Assembly (NCBI RefSeq): GCF_963921235.1 | Contig: NC_086108.1 | Coordinates: forward strand, 7,502,001 to 7,566,000 | DNA: 64,000 nt | Direction: 5' to 3' | Origin: Mobula hypostoma | Taxonomy: Eukaryota | Program-made: the position numbers and the translations under genes | Notes under the pieces: model-generated | What the model was told of the DNA's origin: nothing | What the model saw: the letters and a program-made list of their open reading frames with translations, nothing else | The model's database searches: none | Shown here: piece by piece, positions 26,720 through 40,298 of the stretch | Layout: each line of letters starts with the position of its first letter | Position numbering within the stretch: position 1 is the stretch's first letter

Positions 26720-28366
26720 GCCAACATCGTGGCCTCTCTCCCAGAAGAGCTCAATCACTCTTATGCTCAGTTCAATGTCCCTAACTCTGAGCCTCTGAGG
26801 AAAGCCACCGTTACAACCTGCAAGCTGGTCATCTCTGAGACTGAGGTATGCAGATGTTTCCAACGAGTGGACAGTCACAAGGCTACGGGACCGGACGGCA
26901 TCCCAGGGTGAGTACTCAGGATGTGCACAGCACAAATGGCAGGTGTGTTTACAGACATTTTTAATCCCTTCCTCTCCCAGTGTAGAGTGCCTTCCTGCTT
27001 CAAATTATCCACTATTGTCCCTGTACCTAAAAAGACCAAGGCAACATGTCTGAACGACTGGCGTCCTGTCACACTCACCTCAATAATAAGCAAATGCTTT
27101 GAAAGGCTGGTCAAGGATTACATCTGCAGCCTGCTACCACCCACACTAGACCCCCTACTATTTGCCTACTGACACAACCAATTGACAGACAACACAATAG
27201 CCTCAGCTCTACACACCATCCTTACACATCTGGAGAAGAAGGATGCTCATGTGAGAATGCTGTTCTTGGACTACAGTTCAGCATTCAACACCATAATTCC
27301 CTCCAGGCTTGACAAGAAGCTCAGAGACCTCGGCCTTCACCCTGCCTTGTGCTGCTGGATCCTGGACTTCCTGTCAGATCGCTGGCAGGTGGTAAGAGTG
27401 GGCTCCCTCACCTCCAGCCCTCTGACTCTCAACACAGGAGCCCCTCAGGGCTGTGTACTAAGTCCCCTCCTTTACTCCCTGTTTACCCATGACTGTGTTG
27501 CCACCCACAGCACCAATCTGCTAATTAAATTTGCCGACGAGACTACATTGATTGGCCTAATCTCAAACAATAACGAGGTGGTCTACAAAGAAGAAGTCAT
27601 CTCTCTGACACAGCGGTGTCAAGAAAACAATCCCTCCCTCAATGTCGCCAAAAAAAAAAGGAGCTGGTTGTGGATTACAGGAGAAATGGAGACAGGCTCA
27701 CCCCTATTGTCATCAATGGATCTGGGGTTGAGAGGGTGAACAGCTTTAAGTTGCTCAACACCCACATCACTGAGGACCTCACGTGGTCTGTACACACCAG
27801 CTGTGTGGTGAAAAAGGCACAACAGTGCCTCTTTCACCTCAGAGGTTGAGGAAGTTTGCTATGGGCCCCCAAATCCTGAGAACTTTCTATAGGGGCACAA
27901 TTGAGAGCATCCTGACTGGCTGCATCACTGCCTGGTATGAGAACTGTACATCCCTTAATCACAGGACTCTGCAGACAGTGGTGCGGACAGCCCAGCACAT
28001 CTGTAGATGTGAACTTCGCATGATTCAGGACATTTACAAAGACAAGTGTGAGAAAAGGTCCCGAAGGATCACTGGGGATCCGAGTCACACCAACCACAAA
28101 CTAAACCAGCTGCTACCATCTGGGAAACAGTACTGCAGCATAAAAGCCAGGACCAACAGGCTCCGGGACAGCTTCTTCCACCAGGCCATGGGACTGATGA
28201 ATCATTGCTGATTTGAGTGTATTCTATGTTACCTTGTCAGTTGTGTTTATTCTAATTTATTATAAACTACTATGATTGCACATTGCACATTTAGTTGGAG
28301 ATGTAACGTAAAGATTTTTACTCCTCATGTATGTGAAGGATGTAAGAAATAAAGTCAATTCAATTC
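26720..28366 (+). mobile_element. Rex1/Babar LINE, 5'-truncated RT fragment
   Basis: [62 protein letters not shown]. Stops and frameshifts. (CAATT)n tail. The same 3' tail occurs at about 24005-24168. Confidence 0.92.
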
Positions 28367-29024
28367 TTATTTCAATCCTGTGCAGTGGTTATCCCCACAC
28401 CCCAAAACCCAGAAGGTCAGGTGACTTAATATGAGTGTCTAAATTGATAACGGGTATAGATGAGGCAGATGACAACAATCTTTCCCCAGGGTAGGCGAGT
28501 CCAAAGCTAGACTGGAACTTCGGAATGGAACTTTCTATCCGTTGCTCAAGATGATGAGAAGCTACGGACATAGATTTAAGGTGAGAGGTGAAAAATTTAA
28601 AAGGGACGATAATACATTGAGGCAGAATTAGGCCATTCAGCCCATTGAGTCTTATCTGTTGTTCCAGCATGGCTGATTTATTATCCCTCTGAAACCCATT
28701 CTCCTGCCTTCTTTGATGCCCTGTCTAAGCAAGAACCTATCAAACTGTGCTTTCAACGTACTCAATGGGACCGTGGGGCAACTTTTTCATGGAGAAGGTT
28801 CAATGTACAAAGTAAATTTATTATTATCAAAGCACATATACGTCACCGAATCTAACCCTGACATTCATTCTCTTGTGGGCATTCACAGTAGACACAAAGA
28901 AACACAGCAGAGTCAATGAAAAAATACGCACTAAGATGGACAACCAATGTGCAGAAGACAACAAATGACACAAACAAAAAAAAACAAAAACAGAAATAAA
29001 TAGACAAGTAGATAGGTAAATAAA

Positions 29025-29595
29025 TAGATTAGAGTAGATTCAACTTTATTGTCATTGTGCCGAGTACAGATACAAAGCCAATAAAATGCAGTTAGCATCT
29101 GACCAGAAATGCAAAGAATAGTGTTATTTACAAAATAACTGCGAATAAAAAGTAAGTGCTACAGTACACAAATATAAAAGTACTGAGACAGTACAATAGG
29201 GGTGCAATACTGCTTAGCGCTGTGATGAGAGATTCAGCAGGGTCACAGCCTCAGGGAAGAAGCTCTTCCTGTGCCTGCTGGTGTGGGAGCGGAGGCTCCT
29301 GTAGCGCCAGCCGGATGGGAGGAGAGTAAAAAGTCCATGGTTGGGGTGAGATGCATCCTTGATAATGCTTTTCGCCCTGCCCAGGCAGTGTTTATGGTAG
29401 ATGTTCTCAATGGTGGGCAATTGAGTGCCGATAATCCGCTGGGCAGTTTTCACCACACGCTGGAGTGCTTTGCGGTCCGATACAGGACAATTGCCATACC
29501 ACCCTGAGATGCAGTTGGTGAGTATGCTCTCAATGGTACAGCGGTAAAAGTCCATCAGTATCCTGGGACAGAGGTGAGCTTTCTTCATGCAGGAA
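29025..29595 (-). mobile_element. Rex1/Babar LINE 3' fragment
   Basis: FYRCTIESILTNCISGWYG...SFFPEAVTLLN plus 3' UTR and tail. Confidence 0.88.
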
Positions 29596-29671
29596 ATAAC
29601 TAGATTGATTGATAGATAAATAAATATTGAGAACAGAAGTTGTAGAGTCCTTGAAAGTGAGTGAGTCCATA

Positions 29672-29842
29672 ATCCACACTGGTTCAGGAGCCTGATGGTT
29701 GTGGGGTGATAACTGTTCCTGAACCTGGTGGTGTGGGACCTGAGGCTCATTGTGGTGAGTGAAGTTATCCACACTGGTTCAGGAGCCTGATGGTTGAGGG
29801 GTAATAACCATTCCTGAAGCTGGTGGTGTGGGACCTGAGGCT
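29672..29842 (-). repeat. Second locus of the 95-bp LINE-tail array (about 2 units)
   Basis: Same unit and junction as 10496-10870. Confidence 0.85.
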
Positions 29843-30279
29843 CCTGCACCATCTTCCTGAGGGAAGCAGTGAGAAGAGCGCACGTCCTGGATGATGATGG
29901 ATGCAGCTTTCCTGTGACAGTGCTCTGTGTAGGTGCGCACAGTGGTAGGGAAGGCTTTACCCATGATGGACTGGGCTGTGTCCACTATCTTTTGTGGCTT
30001 TCTGTTCAAGAGCTTTGGTGCATTGGTGGGTGTATGGAACGGACAGAAGAAGTGGTTGACGCAATTACAATGGGATCATTTAAGTTGTATTTACAAAGGT
30101 ACACGGAGGGTAGGGTCTTGTAGGGACATGGGCTGACACAGGAAATTGGGACTAGCAGGGTGAGCACTGTGGTCATGATGGACTCAGTGGGTAGTACAGT
30201 CTGTACTATAACTCTATACAGAACACTCATAGCCGGCAGAAGTGGGACTAGCAGGTAGACAGGGTCCTAAAGAAAGATT

Positions 30280-31230
30280 TTGGCACATTGGCCTTTATAA
30301 ATCAAAGCATTGTGTACAGGAGATGGAATGTTATGTTGAAGTTGTATAAGACGTTGGTGAGGCCTAGTTTGGAGTATTGATCACCTACCTACAGGAAAGA
30401 TGTAAATATGATTGAAAGAGTACAGAGAAAATTTACAAGGACATTATCGGGACTGCAGGACCTGATTATCAGGAAAGATTGAGTAGTTTGGGACTATATT
30501 CCTTGGAACGTAGAAGAGTGAGAGAAGGTTTGATTGAGGTATACAAAATTATGAGGGGTAAAAGTAAAGGCATCTGTTAGTCTTGCGAGACCATGGATCT
30601 GTGCCTGGGAAGTCTTCACTCTCCAGGGCGCAGGCCTGGGCAAGGTTGTATGGAAGACCAGCAGTTGCCCATGCTGCAAGTCTCCCCTCTCCACCACACC
30701 AATGTTGTCCAAGGGAAGGGCATTAGGACCCATACAGCTTGGCATCAGTGTCGTCGCAGAGCAGTGTGTGATTAAGTGCCTTGCTCAAGGACACAACATG
30801 CTGCCTCGGCTGGGGCTCGAACTCACGACCTTCAGATCACTAGTCCAATGCCTTAACCACTTGGCCACGTGCCCACACTATGAGGGGTATAGAAAGGGTA
30901 AGTGCAACCAGGCTTTTTCCGCTGAGGTTGGGTGGGACTACAACCAGAGATTTAGGTAATGGTTGAAAGGTGAAAAGTTTCTGGGAAACATGAAGGAAAG
31001 GTCTTCACTCAGGGGGTGGTGAGTGTGTGGAACGAGCTGCCAGCGCGAGTGGTGCATGCGAGCTTGGTTTCATTGCTTAAGGGAAGGCTGGATAGTTACG
31101 CGGTTGGTAGGGATATGGAGGGCTTGGTCCCGGTGTCGGTCGATGGGGGTAGGTAGTTTAAATGGCTTGGCATGGACTAGATGGGCCAAAGTGCCTATTT
31201 CTGTGCTGTACTTTTCTATGACTCTATGTG
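30280..31230 (+). mobile_element. CR1 LINE 3' fragment interrupted by a SINE
   Basis: MLKLYKTLVRPSLEY and IERVQRKFTR motifs, with a (ctatga) tail. Confidence 0.8.
30561..30878 (-). mobile_element. tRNA-headed SINE with 11-bp TSD
   Basis: A box TGGCCAAGTGG and B box GTTCGAGCC. TSD TATGAGGGGTA at 30550-30560 and 30879-30889. Confidence 0.85.
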
Positions 31231-32231
31231 ACATCAAGGGAGCAAAGGGTTAAGTCTAGCTGACTGCTACAAACACAGAAGATTTTGGTAAACAGCGTGA
31301 CACGAGGCAGAGGGGGCACTTCTGTTTTGACGAGCTGTTTACTCTGCAGACAAGCCGCAGGACAACCGATGAGCCGATACGGCAAGTTGTGTTTTGGCCT
31401 GTCTCACGGCAACAGCGAGAATCACAGAGTCTGGAACCAAAACAGAACACAGCGCAGAGAAGCAGTCAGCAAAACCAAAAAAAAAACGCTTGAAACAAAT
31501 TCCTATAAGGAAGTGCCCCATGAGATAAAAATAAGCAATTTACCAAGAAGTGTACTTTGGCGCTCTGTGGCAAACCGCAAGGAGCCCGTGAAGCCATAAA
31601 TATCTCCTACATGTTCAGAAGCCCTTCATGACCTTAAGAAGTCCCAAAGTGGCGGCGAAATACTTTTGAAGTGTAATCACTGAATTAATGTGGGACAATT
31701 CACTGCGAGCACCCAGAAACAGTGATGACAGCACGGTCACATAACCTGTTTAAGGATGTTGGTCGAGGTGTAAATACTGGTCGCAAATAATGGGACCACC
31801 ATGTAGGTGTGGTCAGCGGCCTGGGGAGACTGCCCTGCCCTCCAGTCTCACCACCGAATCACGCCTGACCCACCTTGAGGGTCGATTGACCATGGTTCAG
31901 CAACGCACCGCAATCAAGAGGAAATCTGCAGATGCTGGAAACACACACAGAATGCCGGAGGAACTCGGCAGGCCAGGCAGCAGCTATGGAAGGGCCCAGA
32001 CCCTTCATCGGGACTGGAGAAAAAAAGATAAGAACTCAGAGTAAGAAGGCGGGAGGAGTACCTTCTCCTATCAGATTTCCCTGTTCTCTGGCCCTATATT
32101 TCTTTTACCCATCAACTTCCCAGCTTTTTACTTCACCCCTCCCCCTCTCCCGGTTTCACCTATCACCTACTAATTTGTACTTCTTCCTCCCCTCCTCAAC
32201 TTCTTACACTGACTTCCCCTCTTCTTTCTCC

Positions 32232-32267
32232 GGTGCTGATGAAGGGTCTCGGCCCGAAACGTCGACT
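32232..32267 (+). ncRNA. Minimal type I hammerhead ribozyme motif (Penelope-derived)
   Basis: CUGAUGA-A-GGGU(CUCG)GCCC-GAAA-CGUC followed by GACU. Core intact, stem I imperfect. Confidence 0.55.
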
Positions 32268-32959
32268 GTTTACTCTCTTCCATAGACGCTGGCTGGCCTG
32301 CTGGGTTCCTCCAGCATTTTGTGTGCGTTGCTCAGCAACGTATCAAAGAAGGTGCTTTTTACAGGGCAGCACTGCCCCTGGCTTTCATTGGGAGTGTTGG
32401 TCTGAGAACTACCCTTGGTAGGTGATTGAAGCCTTAATCTCTCGCTCTCTCTACTCTCGTAACGCTGCTGGCGTTTAAGCAACAAGGAAGATCCTTCATC
32501 TCTGGCAGTGTTCAGAGCTTCCTTCATCGTGTCAATAACTTCTTGGTTTTCACAAGTTCTGGGTGGTGTCTCACAAATGTAGAATGACTCTCCATTGCTG
32601 TTTCTATAATAATTTTGTTTTACCAGTCGGGATGGTTGGTCCTGCGTTGAATCCTTGAACTTGAGGACTGGTGGACTACTCTTAGTCTGGCCTGCATCCT
32701 TGGACCTGTTTGATATGGGTGACCGACCAAGAGCCAAAGCACAAAGCCTTGACTCCAGCCAGCAGAGTTCTCGGGTCATTGAGGCTGCGAGCCCTCAAAC
32801 AACGACAATGTTTGGTCCTCTTGGAGGATATCTGAAATGGTGACAAATCTAACCTCTCTTCTTGGTGCTGCCATTAGGATGGATGTACAGGAGCCTTAAG
32901 TCCCACACCACCAAGGTCAGGGTGGACAACTTCACTCAGTCAAAGCTACACCTGCACAA

Positions 32960-34330
32960 ATCTTTGCAGCATCTGGTGATCCTGTGATTTCCGTCTTGGA
33001 GGCCAATGTCAGAACATCTTTCGAGAGAGTCAACCCTCACGAGGGGTCAGGCCCTGATGGTGTACTTGGTAGGGCACTGAGAACGTGTGCTAACCAACTG
33101 GTGGGAGTGTTCAAGGAGATCTTCAATCTCTCACTGCTGCAGACAGAGGTTTCCGCCTGCTTCAAAAGGGTGACAATCGTACCAGTGCCCGAGGAGAGCA
33201 GGGAGAGTGGCCTCAGTGACTATGGTATGGCACAGTTGTACTCACATCTACAGTAGCAAAGTCCTTTGAGAGGTTGGTCATGGCCAATCAACTCCTGCCT
33301 TAGCAAAAATCTGGGCCTACTGCAATTTGTCTATTGCAACAATAGGTCTACAGCAGATATAATCTCACTGTCTCTCCAGTAGGCCTTGGATCACCTGGAC
33401 AACAGTAATGCCTACGTCAGCTCAGTGTACAACACCATCATACCCTCAGTACTAATCAACAGGCTCCAAAACCTGGGCCTCTGCCTCCAGATTCTTGACT
33501 TTCGCATCAGGAGACCAGCATCAGTGCTGATTGGAAAGAAGACCTCCACTTCGCTAACAACCAGCGCTGGTGCACCTCAGAGCTTAGTTCACTGCTCTAC
33601 TCTCAGAACTACTGCACATGGCTAGGCACAGCTCAAATCCCATCCATAACTTTGCTGATGAGACCACTACTGTTGTCAGAGTTTCAGATGGTGACGGGGA
33701 GGCGTACATGAGTGACTTGTAGACCAGCTGGTTGAGATTTGTGGCAACAACAATCTGGCACTCAACGTCAGTAAGACCAAGCAACTGATTGTGAACTTCA
33801 GGACGTGGAGATTGAGGGATCAGCAGTGGAAAGAGTGAGCCATTTCCAGTTCCTGGGCGTCAGCATCGACAGAGACCTATCCTGGGCCCAACATATTGAT
33901 GCAATTACCAAGAAGGTATGACAATGGCTAAATTTCATGAGGAGTTTGAGACTTTGTATGTCACCAAATGCTCGAGCAAATTCCCACGGATGTGCTGTGG
34001 GGAGCATTGTAACTGTTGCATCGCCATCTGGTATGGAGAGGCTACTGACTGCACAGGATCGGAAAAAGCTGCGTGAAGTTGCAAACTCAGCTGGCTCCGT
34101 CATGGTCACTAGCCTCCCCAGCATCTTCGAAAGGCCATGTCTCACAAAAAGGTGGCGCCCACTATTAAGGACACCCATCACCTGGTACAGGAGCCTGAAG
34201 ACACACAATCAGGAACAGCTTCTTCCCCTCTGCCATCAGATTTCTGAATGGACAATACAGTAATCCCATGTAAGCTACCTCACTAGTTCTTGCTTTCTTT
34301 CTGCATACTTACTTAATTTCACATATATGG
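32960..34330 (+). mobile_element. Degenerate Rex1/Babar RT fragment
   Basis: SGPDGVLGRALRTCANQL...FNLSL and downstream RT remnants, with many lesions. Confidence 0.8.
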
Positions 34331-35038
34331 GTATATATCCCCTCTCTCTCTGGCTATCCGTCCCATAGGATGATGATGGTTCCTTTCAGTCAGTCAGTGG
34401 GGTGGTACCCCACTCCTCAGAAAGGAACAGCGTGTGCGTGAGTGGATTTTCGGTGGGTAGGGGGTTGCACAGGTCCAGACCCACCCTCTCGACATCCCCT
34501 CCCGGATCCAGCGGCATGGTGGGGTCCAAGACGGCTGGGAGAGGTTCTGTTGCAGTGAATGGCCAGACCAAGCTTCAATGCAAGGGATGCCCTTTCCGTG
34601 CTTCACGGCACGTGTTTGGTAGATGGCCGTTGACCCTACGAGAGGGTTCATCCGCCCTTTGACAGGTCTTGTTTCTCGTCCTGCGGGGTGTCTAGCCACC
34701 CTCCTCACCAGGCAAGCCTGGTGGGGGAGCCGGTTTAGTGGCCGACCACCCGACCATGCGACAGGTAGTACTGGGTTACATGGTACCAGTAGCACTCAGC
34801 CGAGAGACCTGACCCGTCACTGGATATACATAGGGGTACCACAGTAGCGTAGCGATTAGTGTGATGCCATTACAGCTCGGGTGTTCCGCCGTTCGGAGTT
34901 CAATTCCGGTTTACCTTCTGTAACGAGTCTCTGTATGTCCTCCCTGTGGAATATGTGGGAATTTCCCCCCGGGTGCTCTGATTTCCTCCCACAGTCCAAT
35001 GACGGACTAGGAAGGATAACTGGTCATTGTAAATTGTC

Positions 35039-35178
35039 CTGTGATTATGCCGGGGTTAATCGGGTTTGACAGGGGTTGCCGGGGCTGTGATTATGCTGGG
35101 GTTAATCGGGTTTGATAGGGGTTGCCGGGGTTGTGATTATGCTGGGGTTAATCGGGTTTGATAGGGGTTGCTGGGGCT
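35039..35178. repeat. 3 x 46-bp tandem duplication in a SINE tail
   Basis: (C/T)TGTGATTATGC...GGGGTTGCCGGGG starts at 35039, 35085 and 35131. Confidence 0.9.
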
Positions 35179-36439
35179 GTGTGGTCCAATGGGCCCACTC
35201 TATGTTTAATAAATACATGTACATTTATTCTTACCGTAACTTGTAGTTTAAAAATCATTATGCATTACACTGTACTGCTGCTGCAAAACAACAAATTTCA
35301 TAACATATGCATGTGATATGAAACCTGATTCTGATTCACCATCACGATGAACTGATTGCACAACCTATGGTCTCACTTTCAAGGACTCTACAAATCCTGT
35401 TCTCAGTGTTATGCATTAGTGTATGTACACATTGATTGATTGATTGTATATATGTAGTTTGCCTCCTTTTGCGCATTGCTTGCCTGTCGGTCTTTCCTTG
35501 ACTCTATTGCATTTCTTTGTTCAACTGTGAATGCCTCCAAGAAAATGAATCTCAGGTTAGTGTGACATATACAGTACATACTTTGTACTTTGAACTTTTT
35601 TTGAGGAGGTGCCCATGAGTGAGCTAGATCAGCTGGTTGAGTGGTGTCGCTACAACAACCTTGCATTCAACGTCGGTAAGACCTAGGAATTGATGTGGGC
35701 TTCAGGGAGGGGAAGTCGGGGGAACGGACCCCAGTCCTCATCGAGGTGACTCCAGTGAGCAGCTTCAAATTTTGGCTGTCAGTATCTCAGAGGATAATTA
35801 TGAAGAGGGCATGTCAGTGGCTATATTCCATTGGGAGCTTGAAGAGATTTGCCATGTTTAGAAAAGTTCTACAGAAGTACCGCAGACAGCATTCTAAATG
35901 GTTGCATCGCTGTCTGGCATGGATGGGCCACGCACGGGACTGGGAAAAGCTGCAGAGGGTTGTAAACTCAGCCAGCTCCATCACGGGCGCCAGCCTCCGC
36001 AGCAGCGAGGACACCTTCAAACGGCATTGCCTTAAAAAAGCGGCAACCTCATTAATGACCCTTTTCACCTTGGACATACCATTTTCTCATTCCCGTCATC
36101 AGGGAGGAGATACAGCAGCCTGAAGACACACACTCAATGTTTTATGAACGGATTCTTCCTCTCTGCCATCAGATTTCTGAATGGTCCATGAATACTATCT
36201 CACTACACGCCACCTGTTTTATATATATATATATATATATAGAAGATATACATACTGTGGATTCCGGTTAATTGGGACCAGTACATTTTGGCTCAATTAG
36301 GCAGCTGTCCAATTAGCTTAAGTCTCATGGAAATAGTTAAAAAGGTATTTGAAAAAAGACAAACCACCATTTAACTGAGTGAATGAAATACAGAACCAAT
36401 TAGAACACTACCAATACTGTATATTAGTTCCTAATAGAT

Positions 36440-36900
36440 ATTCTCAGAGGATGTAATGTTGAGGCTTTATAAGGCACTGGTGAGGCCTCACTTGGAGTAT
36501 TGTGAGCAGTTTTTAGCCCCTTATCTTGAAAAGGATGTGCTGACATTGGAGAGGGTTCGAAGGAGGTTCATGAAAATGATCCAGGATCGAATGGCTTGTC
36601 ATATGAAGAGTGTTTGATGGCTCTGGGCCTGTACTCACTGCAATTCAGAAGAATGAGGGGGGTGACCTAATTGAATCCTAATGAATGTTGAAAGGCTTTG
36701 ATAGAGTGGATGTGGAAAGGATGCTTCCTCTGCTGGGAGAGTTTGGGACTAGAGGACACAGCCTCAGAATAGAGGTGCATCCTCTTAGAATGGAGAGGAG
36801 GAGGAATTTCTTTAGCCAGCGAGTGGTGAATCTGGGAATTCATTGGCCCCAGACAGCTGTGGAGGCCAAGTCTTTACATATATTTAAGGCAGTGGTTGAT
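36440..36900 (+). mobile_element. CR1 LINE 3' fragment
   Basis: LYKALVRPHLEYC and TRGHSLRI...RRNFFSQRVV. Similar pieces at 42270-43320, 43775-44310, 47250-47840, 49260-49640 and 49870-50250(-). Confidence 0.85.
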
Positions 36901-37507
36901 TCTTTTAATTGACTGAAACAGTGTAGATATAGACTGCCTTCATACAATGCTTTTGATAATTGCATTCTCCAAATCCTCCTTTGCATTGTAACGTTCAGGA
37001 TGATTGTCGATACCTTCAAATTCTTGTATTTCTGAACTTTTTGAAGTAGTGAAATCATTTCGTTTTCACTCCTGGCTATTTCTTGCTTCTCCAAACCTGA
37101 ATGAGCAAAACAGTTCGGAATTGTCTTATCGCTTATTTCTCACAAATTATGTGACAAAAATCACTGCTTTTTGAACACGAATGTATGCAACTGACCCAAT
37201 TTAAAAACTGATCACTCCATGCACGGTTTCCACTCTCACTCCACAACAGAGACCCATATCAGAATCAGATTTATCATCACTCACATATGTCATGAATTTA
37301 GTTTTTTTTTGCAGCAGTACAGTGCAATATGTAAAATTGCTACAGGACTTTGCAAAAGTCTTAGCCACCCTAGGCTATATATATGTGCCTAAGATTTTTA
37401 CAACCAATATGCAAAAGAAAACAAAAGGATAAATAGTAAGAATGTCAATAACTAACACTAACTAGTAGAATCCTTGATCATGAGTTGATTGGTTGTGGAG
37501 TCAGTAG

Positions 37508-37757
37508 TGAAGTTATCCACACTGGTTCAGGAGCCTGATGGTTGTGGGGTAATAACTGTTCCTGAACCTGGTGGTGTGGGACCTGAGGCTCATTGTGGTG
37601 AGTGAAGTTATCCACACTGGTTCAGGAGCCTGATGGTTGTGGGGTAATAACTGTTCCTGAACCTGGTGGTGTGGGACCTGAGGCTCATTGTGGTGAGTGA
37701 AGTTATCCACACTGGTTCAGGAGCCTGATGGTTGTGGGATAATAACTGTTCCTGAAC
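37508..37757 (-). repeat. Third locus of the 95-bp LINE-tail array (about 2.6 units)
   Basis: Near-identical units GTGAAGTTATCCACACTGGTTCAGGAGCC... Confidence 0.9.
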
Positions 37758-38717
37758 CTAAGACTCCTGTATTTCCCTCCTGATGGTAAATGTGGGAAAA
37801 GAAGATGGTCTGGATGGGGGTGGGGGGGGAATGGTGGAGAGATGAAAGGGGTCTGGTGTAGCGGTAAGCATAATGGCTTACAGAGCCAGTGATGTCTGTA
37901 AGGAGTTTGTACATTTCCCCTGTGACCGCATAGGTTTCCTCCAGGTGCTCCAGTTTCCTCCCACATTCAAAAGATGTACGGGCTCGGGTTAGTAAGTTGT
38001 GGGCAGGCTATGTTGGCATTGGACAAGAGGAACTATTTCTCTCAGCCAGCTGCTAATGTTTGCATTTCTTTATCCCCAGAGAACTTCGGAAGCTGAGCCT
38101 CTGTTTGCATTCGGGCTGGCACACATTATTATTCCATGGGGTTGTGATAGACAAGAAGGAAAATAGCCTGAGGCATAGATTAGATTAGATCAGCCATAGT
38201 CTTACTGAATGGAGCAGTACATACAATACTGCTCCCAGTTGTCGCTTTGGTATTTATAGGTTTTCATAAATTCTGTTGTATTTCTTTTCTCTCCTGTAAT
38301 TACACACAGGAAAATGAATCTCAAGGTAGTATATGATGTGATATACATACATCATGGTGGCACAGTAGCGTACTGGTTAGCACGCTTTACAGTATGGGCG
38401 ACCTGGGTTCAATTCCTGCTGCTGCCTGTAAGGGAATGCTGGGCGGTAGGCCATGCTGTATCTCAATAACTACATTTTCTGGGCAGCTCACCTAGGAGGA
38501 GGAAAACTCTGATCTTAAGCTTCTGGCTATACCCACTTATGGGGAAGGCTTCGGGAGTAAACCCCGAGGAAAATTCTGGAGCTGGCATCCCTCAGGCAGT
38601 CCTACCTTGAGTTTAATGCTGACTGGCAACTCCTACTGATGCCAAACTGCATCGGTCCATGCCATTCCTTTGGATTCATCAGCTCTGTGGAGAGGGGGAG
38701 CTTGCTACATGGGCAAC

Positions 38718-39658
38718 AGCTCCACAGGGGACTGTCTTGTCTCCCTTTCTCTTCACCATTTACACCTCGGACTTCAACTACTGCACAGAGTCTTGTCATC
38801 TTCAGAAGTTTTCGGATGACTCTGCCACAGTTGGATGCATCAGCAAGGGAGATGAGGTTGAGTACAGGGCTACGGTAGGAAACTTTGTCACATGGTGTGA
38901 GCAGAATTATCTGTAGCTTAATGTGAAAAAGACTAAGGAGCTGGTGGTAGGCCTGAGGAGAGCTAAGGGACTGGTGACCCCTGTTTCCATCCGGAGGTCA
39001 GTGTGGACATGGTGGAGGATTACAAATACCTGGGGATACGAATTGACAATAAACTGGACTGGTCAAAGAACACTGAGGCTGTCTACAAGAAGGGTCAGAG
39101 CCCTCTCTATTTCCTGAGGAGACTGAGGTCCTTTAACATCTGCTGGATGATGCTGAGGATGTTCTACGAGTCTGTGGTGGCCAGTGCTATCATGTTTGCT
39201 GTTGTGTGCTGGGGCAGCAGGCTGAGGGTAGCAGACACCAATAGAGTCAACAAACTCATCCGTAAGGCCAGTGATGTTGTGGGGATGGAACTGGACTCTC
39301 TCACGGTGGTGTCTGAAAAGAGGATGCTAAGTTGCATGCCATCTTGGACAATGTCTCCCATCCACTACATAATGTACTGGTTGGACACAGGAGTACATTC
39401 AGCCAGAGACTCATTCCACCGAGATGCAACACAGAGCATCATAGGAAGTCATTCCTGCCTGTAGCCATCAAACTTTACAACTCCTCCCTTGGAGGGTCAG
39501 ACACCCTGAGCCTATAGGCTGGTCCTGGACTTATTTCCTGGCATAATTTACATATTACTATTTAGCTATTTATGGTTCGATTAATATTTAATTATTTATG
39601 GTGCAACTATAACGAAAACCAATTTCCCCGGGATCAATAAAGTATGACTATGACTATA
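38718..39658 (+). mobile_element. Rex1/Babar LINE 3' fragment nested in a non-autonomous element
   Basis: APQGTVLSPFLFTIYT, KFSDD, YKYLG, MFYESVVAS, with a (TATGAC)n tail. The host element flanks it at about 38485-38717 and 39658-39740. Confidence 0.9.
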
Positions 39659-40262
39659 TGGTATTGCCTGGGCTTGCATATCGTAGACAGCTAGGACATG
39701 ATATCCATGGTTAACCCTGACCAATGGAGAGCCTCCAATTTGTACTTGGATAATAAATTCAATTTCAATTTTGAATTTCTTACTTTTTAACACTGAGATC
39801 CAAGCAGCAAGTCGATTGTAAGGGAAACACATGATTAAATAGCTAAAGTAGGTGGAATCTGATAGGAGAGGAGAGGGAATGATGAGTAAGAGGGAAGGAG
39901 GAGAGACCACAGCCACTTGTGATTATCGTAGTTTAATAATTCTCCATTTTGCTTCACTTTCTTCTCATTGCGAGCTTGATAGGCTTTGTCTTGGTTGAGT
40001 TGGACTGATTTTCTGCACAAACTCTCTTGAAATCACTAAGGGAAGGATAAGGTGAGCTAAGCACAGATAGTCACCCCAGCATGACCCTACCTTTCTTTCT
40101 CCCGAGGCCTCCTGTCCCATGATCCTCTCCCTTCTCCAGGCTGGTATCCCTTTTGCCAATCAACTTTCCAGCTCTTAGCTCCATCCCTCCCCCCTCCTGT
40201 CTTCTGTCATTTCGGATCTCCCCCTCCCCCTCTCAAATCTCTTACTATCTCTTCTTTCAGTT

Positions 40263-40298
40263 AGTCCTGATGAAGGGTCTCGGCCCGAAATGTCGACT
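40263..40298 (+). ncRNA. Minimal type I hammerhead ribozyme motif (Penelope-derived)
   Basis: AGUC-CUGAUGA-A-GGGU(CUCG)GCCC-GAAA-UGUC-GACU, with stem I AGUC/GACU perfect. Confidence 0.6.

Noticed and set aside
30805..30878. tRNA gene
   Set aside because: It is a SINE head, continuing into a SINE body and tail and flanked by a TSD.
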